Notes under the pieces: generated by a model
Database searches by the model: none
Seen by the model: only the letters and a program-made list of their open reading frames with translations
Told to the model about the DNA's origin: nothing
Shown: one piece after another, positions 60,028 through 64,000 of the stretch
Numbering within the stretch: position 1 is the first letter of the stretch
How the letters are laid out: each line of letters starts with the position of its first letter
Source: Escherichia phage FL04
Direction: 5' to 3' (one strand)
Length of the DNA: 64,000 nt
Sequence record: PP358550
Translations under genes and position numbers: made by a program

Positions 60028-62079
60028 ATGTTTAACTTAGAAATCGACGATCTAATGATTGAATCTTTCGAGAAATGGCTGTTGACGGAAGAGGAAGAAA
60101 ACTTTGGCAGTATTGCTCCGGTACAGTGCTTAAAGCCTAAGCAGAATCCTAAACAGCTTTTTGCAGTACAGACACGCGATAAAGATGTGATTGTCCGTCT
60201 TTGTAACTTCACCAACAAAACACCTAAAATCATTCGTATGGGTGACAAGACCGCACATGTTGTACTGTGCGAAATGAACAAAAGCGGTCGTATTGTACAG
60301 CTTAAAAATGGTCTAGGCGATAACCCGATTGCAGTTATGTCAAGTGCTTTTGATGTGGTTATGGAAACAGCCCGTAAAGCGCAATTAGACGCTGTTATGT
60401 TCCGTTTTAACGTATCCCGCATGAAAGGTAAGACCGAACTGGTTAAGCGCGTTATAGAGCGTTTGGTGCGTCGTACACCGAAGTTTGAAGTATTCCAGCA
60501 GGAAGTAATGACCAGCAAAAAGATCGCTTTAGTTGTTGTCAAGCGTCGCGGGATGGCGATTGATAAGATTAAAGGGATTAAACTTGATGAATCCTTGTTC
60601 ACTAAAGTAGAAAGTGATTTAGGTGATCGCTGGGTATCTAAGGCTACTGGTGAATCTCTGACTAAAGATGAGGCATATGCGGCTAGTCTTGTGTCAGAAG
60701 AAGAACGAAACGCGGAAGCAGAACAACGAGTAGCGGCTAAATCTCGTTTGACTAAAGAAGAAATGCTGAAAACTCAAGCGACCTATAACAGCGACTATGT
60801 GAATCATCCAGAAAAAATTAATCTTAAACCGGAAGAAGATATCACCGAAGCAGAACCTAAGAAACAGTTTAATACTCTGATTGACCGTCAAGCCTTAGAA
60901 CGTTCAACCGCTCGTTCTCTGAATGACTGGACAAGTGATATTATCACTCGCTATGGTTTCATGCGTACTATTTTTGAAAGCGAAGCCGATGCAAAATACG
61001 CAGTAAGCGAACTGGTAAAAGTTCAGGATCAATATGATCCATTGTCTGCGGAAGTTATCGCAGCATCAATCAAACGCTTAAAAGAAATCATGAGCGAGGA
61101 AGTATTCGAAAACAAGATCACCGCCCTGGCAATGGATCGAGTAGACCAGTCTATGCCAGCAGATGTAAAAGCTGAAATGCTGCGTAGTCACATCACCCAG
61201 ATTAAAACCGATGCCCTACGTAATGTTGCTTCCGGTATGTTTGAAGCAATTGCTAGCAACATGGGTGAAATGATGGCAGATATTGATCTTGATCTGCCGG
61301 GCGCGGAAGGTTTTGTGTTGAGCGAATATGCCGATGCAGCATACATCAATATGAACAACTTCCTAACCGACCGTAAGCTGGAAGAGTTTGAAGGCATCGC
61401 AGATCCAGAAGAATTGGTCAAGATGTGCGATGCATTGGATAATGCCTTCTCCAACTATGGCGTTAAACTTGATCCGGGTACTATTCTGTATCGTGGTATG
61501 GACTTCCGGTCGCAAATGTGGGAAACTGCACGTAAGCAAAAAGCGTTTTACTTTAAAAACTATGTGAGCACTTCCCTTGCACCTAACATTTTTGGCGGCT
61601 GGAATGCAAACGTGGCTAGTGCCGTTGCTGGTGTTGATTCTATGGCTGGCTCTCGCGGTGAAGGTGGCGCTAATGTTGCTTTCTCCATTGCTGGCGCGGA
61701 AAACATCCCTGTATTGCCAGTAGGTAACAAAGCATTTGCTTACAAAGAATGCGAGATTTTACTTCCTCGCGGTGTTGTGTTATCCTTTGATACGGTAACT
61801 CGTGCTACGGCATCGACGGATTCACAAGAAACTTATTACATTGAGGCACATATTATGAACAAAAATGAACTGGCAGCATTACAAGAATCTGGCGAGATGA
61901 TCGCGGACGGTGATGCATTCATCCGTGAAGGTGTTATTAAACCTGCTTCTGACCTGTCTTTCTCCAGCTTCATTAGCGAAGCTAAAACCGAACGTAAGAA
62001 AGCAGATAAGGCAACTCTACGTCAGCTTATCGCTGATCTGGTATCTGTAGACGCAATGCCAGATAAATTTAAAATGTAA
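60028..62079 (+). CDS. alt: ADP-ribosyltransferase Alt
   Basis: 683 aa (T4 Alt 682 aa); C-terminal catalytic region with R (LYRGM), STS (YVSTSL) and ExE (KECEILLPRG) motifs. Confidence 0.8.
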   Translation: MFNLEIDDLMIESFEKWLLTEEEENFGSIAPVQCLKPKQNPKQLFAVQTRDKDVIVRLCNFTNKTPKIIRMGDKTAHVVLCEMNKSGRIVQLKNGLGDNPIAVMSSAFDVVMETARKAQLDAVMFRFNVSRMKGKTELVKRVIERLVRRTPKFEVFQQEVMTSKKIALVVVKRRGMAIDKIKGIKLDESLFTKVESDLGDRWVSKATGESLTKDEAYAASLVSEEERNAEAEQRVAAKSRLTKEEMLKTQATYNSDYVNHPEKINLKPEEDITEAEPKKQFNTLIDRQALERSTARSLNDWTSDIITRYGFMRTIFESEADAKYAVSELVKVQDQYDPLSAEVIAASIKRLKEIMSEEVFENKITALAMDRVDQSMPADVKAEMLRSHITQIKTDALRNVASGMFEAIASNMGEMMADIDLDLPGAEGFVLSEYADAAYINMNNFLTDRKLEEFEGIADPEELVKMCDALDNAFSNYGVKLDPGTILYRGMDFRSQMWETARKQKAFYFKNYVSTSLAPNIFGGWNANVASAVAGVDSMAGSRGEGGANVAFSIAGAENIPVLPVGNKAFAYKECEILLPRGVVLSFDTVTRATASTDSQETYYIEAHIMNKNELAALQESGEMIADGDAFIREGVIKPASDLSFSSFISEAKTERKKADKATLRQLIADLVSVDAMPDKFKM

Positions 62080-62096
62080 TTTTTAAGAAATAATGG

Positions 62097-62125
62097 TTGA
62101 CTCAAACGGGGACTAGTTTTATACT
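62097..62125 (+). promoter_or_regulatory. early promoter overlapping a hairpin/terminator after alt
   Basis: TTGACT-17-TATACT; imperfect inverted repeat CGGGGACTAGT/ACTAGCCCCG followed by TTTTCTG. Confidence 0.55.
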
Positions 62126-62157
62126 AGCCCCGTTTTCTGTTATATGGGAGGTTTAAA

Positions 62158-62982
62158 ATGTTCAAGAAATTACAGGATTTTCGTCTTTCAGAAGAATCAC
62201 GCGAATCAATGATGGAACGTATGGATAATTACATCGAAACATATGACATTGAGGGGATTAATGGTTACATGATCACTGAGATGATCAGCGATCAGATTAA
62301 CTTTGATGATTATGTGAAGGTTATCCGCTTCCTTGAGCGCGAGACACAAGATTATGGATTTGTCAAGAAAATCATTAATGTGATGTATGAAGTACACTCC
62401 GAAGACTTTGGAGATAATGTATTCAAACATTACAAACATAACAACATAACCCCAGCAGAATATAATGCAATCTGTGATTATGTGTCTGAACAATACGAAT
62501 GGGTAAATGGTGCTCTCTTAGGGGAAGAAGACATGACCGATGAGATATCAGAGATTGTTGATTTGATGGATTGTGTCATGGATAAAACCGAAAAGTTAAA
62601 CGGTACTCTTTATCGAGGTCAACATCTTGACATTCAGACAATAGAGCGTATCATTGAAGATAAGGAGTTTACCTTTAAAAACTTTGTATCTACCAGCATG
62701 ACACCGATCATCTTTGGAGGATGGCTATCAAACAGCACTAGCCTTTATTGTGAGAATCGATATGAATCAATGACCGGAAAGATGCAACATTCTTGTAATG
62801 TATCATGGGTAATTGACGTAAAAGATCATAAAGGTTTTGTTGTTGGGTCAATTGCATGGAACCCTTGCGAATGTGAAGTAATTTTACCGCGAGGGACTTG
62901 CGTCAAGGTAAACGACGTAGTAGAATCTTTCGGCGATGAGAATCGTAGACAATTTACAATTTTCGGTGAGGTGACTAAATGA
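62158..62982 (+). CDS. Alt-like ADP-ribosyltransferase paralog (274 aa)
   Basis: LYRGQ, FVSTSMTPIIFGGW, CECEVILPRGT mirror the Alt catalytic motifs. Confidence 0.65.
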   Translation: MFKKLQDFRLSEESRESMMERMDNYIETYDIEGINGYMITEMISDQINFDDYVKVIRFLERETQDYGFVKKIINVMYEVHSEDFGDNVFKHYKHNNITPAEYNAICDYVSEQYEWVNGALLGEEDMTDEISEIVDLMDCVMDKTEKLNGTLYRGQHLDIQTIERIIEDKEFTFKNFVSTSMTPIIFGGWLSNSTSLYCENRYESMTGKMQHSCNVSWVIDVKDHKGFVVGSIAWNPCECEVILPRGTCVKVNDVVESFGDENRRQFTIFGEVTK

Positions 62983-63464
62983 AAATGATTAAACTGATTG
63001 GTCTTGCGGCTGCATTCATGCTTACTGGTTGTGCCAACATGGAAGCTATGATGAATGCTAAATCAGATCCGGTTTTCTTGCTTCGTGAATGTAAAGCAGC
63101 ATATGCAAGTGATGATCAGATCGAATCATGCTTTATTTCTAAAATGGAACGTCGAGACGTGGATCGCGTTAAAGTTGGTTTAGCACCACAAACGCAGATG
63201 TTCAAGGATGCAATCAAAGAAGCGCGGGAAGAGAAAGCACAAGAAGAAAAGAAGCGTCAAGAAGAATTGCGCAAGCAGAAAGAAGAGTCTATACAACTTG
63301 AGAAGATGAAAGCGCGGGATCGCTGTATTATCATGTCTGACATGCAGATAGAGCAAGAAGCAAGAAAGGCAGCATTAAACGGTGATTATGACCGTTATGA
63401 AGAACTTAACAGCGCAGAATTTCAAACTAAGGCACTAAAATATTGCAATGATTTAGCAAAATAA
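62979..63464 (+). CDS. putative lipoprotein with coiled-coil region
   Basis: 161 aa; signal peptide with lipobox LTGC; K/E-rich central region. Confidence 0.6.
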   Translation: MKMIKLIGLAAAFMLTGCANMEAMMNAKSDPVFLLRECKAAYASDDQIESCFISKMERRDVDRVKVGLAPQTQMFKDAIKEAREEKAQEEKKRQEELRKQKEESIQLEKMKARDRCIIMSDMQIEQEARKAALNGDYDRYEELNSAEFQTKALKYCNDLAK

Positions 63465-63467
63465 AAA

Positions 63468-63486
63468 GGCGGGGATAATCCCCGCC
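63468..63486. terminator. bidirectional terminator between convergent genes
   Basis: GGCGGGGA-TAA-TCCCCGCC hairpin flanked by AAAAA and TTTCGTTT. Confidence 0.65.
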
Positions 63487-63495
63487 TTTCGTTTA

Positions 63496-64000
63496 TCAGA
63501 ACCAGTTAGTGACAGTATTCACCACACGTCCACCAACGCCATTTAGACGCGATAAAGCATTACCAGCAGCAGATAACCCACTATCAAGTAAATTATTGCC
63601 GAAAGTGTTTGTTATTGCGTTTATTGCCTTATCCTCAATCCATTCTCGCGCGGCTTGCTCTCCTACAGCACCAGTTTGCATAGTCCTATACGCAAAAGTA
63701 ACATCGAATGTTGTAATTTCGTTGTTGTTTTCATAGGTTAATTCCGGTGCACTCACACCAACAGGAACACAACCATTAAACATCATGATCGTGTGAGGAA
63801 CTCCCATTCGGTTATGTAAGTTAACCTGAATATCTGCTTCAACGTCAACAGGAAGCGCACGAAGCCCTGTAACTGGGTCTTCTACTGAGTTAACCCAATC
63901 CTGCATTGCTCTATAGTTTGATGCGCTAGAGTCCATTCTAAAGCTCAATACAAGCGGATCAAAATCACGTCCGGTAATTCGAATGTTTGGCGCATTGTGG
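63496..64000 (-). CDS. late structural protein, 3-prime part only (gene continues past window end); possibly tail-tube/baseplate family gp54 by synteny with alt
   Basis: Frame open on - strand from 64000 down to stop at 63496; convergent with alt operon; identity not verified. Confidence 0.4.
   Translation of the reverse strand, partial: HNAPNIRITGRDFDPLVLSFRMDSSASNYRAMQDWVNSVEDPVTGLRALPVDVEADIQVNLHNRMGVPHTIMMFNGCVPVGVSAPELTYENNNEITTFDVTFAYRTMQTGAVGEQAAREWIEDKAINAITNTFGNNLLDSGLSAAGNALSRLNGVGGRVVNTVTNWF

Overview
This window reads as a T4-like (Tevenvirinae) myovirus genome segment, based on gene content and synteny judged from the ORF translations; no database search was run. Early and middle genes lie on the + strand: primase gp61, helicase Dda, DexA, an unsplit topoisomerase large subunit gp39, rIIA, rIIB and gp52 (1-22458), then rnh, gp59, gp32, frd, td, nrdA, nrdB, rnlA, spanins, pseT, cd, gp31, DNA ligase gp30 and Alt (33854-63464). 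A late tail-fibre and lysis module lies on the - strand (holin t, T2-type gp38 adhesin, gp37, gp36, gp35, gp34; 22493-33779). The conserved genes are interleaved with small ORFs, each preceded by a sigma70-type promoter cassette whose spacer or -10 element sits in a short GC-rich hairpin (PeSL-like, as I recall for RB49-type phages). No MotA or AsiA homologue is visible between gp52 and t. The most interesting candidates are: a promoter-cassette-bounded operon encoding a minimal C5-cytosine-methyltransferase-like protein plus a stand-alone DUF262/ParB-like protein (57125-59426); a CYTH-like enzyme between rnh and gp59; a NADAR-family protein next to the ligase; a thymidylate synthase with a large in-frame insertion; a secreted DUF1311/LprI-like protein; and several ADP-ribosyltransferase-like genes. 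No rRNA or CRISPR array was seen; tRNAs were not systematically searched for.
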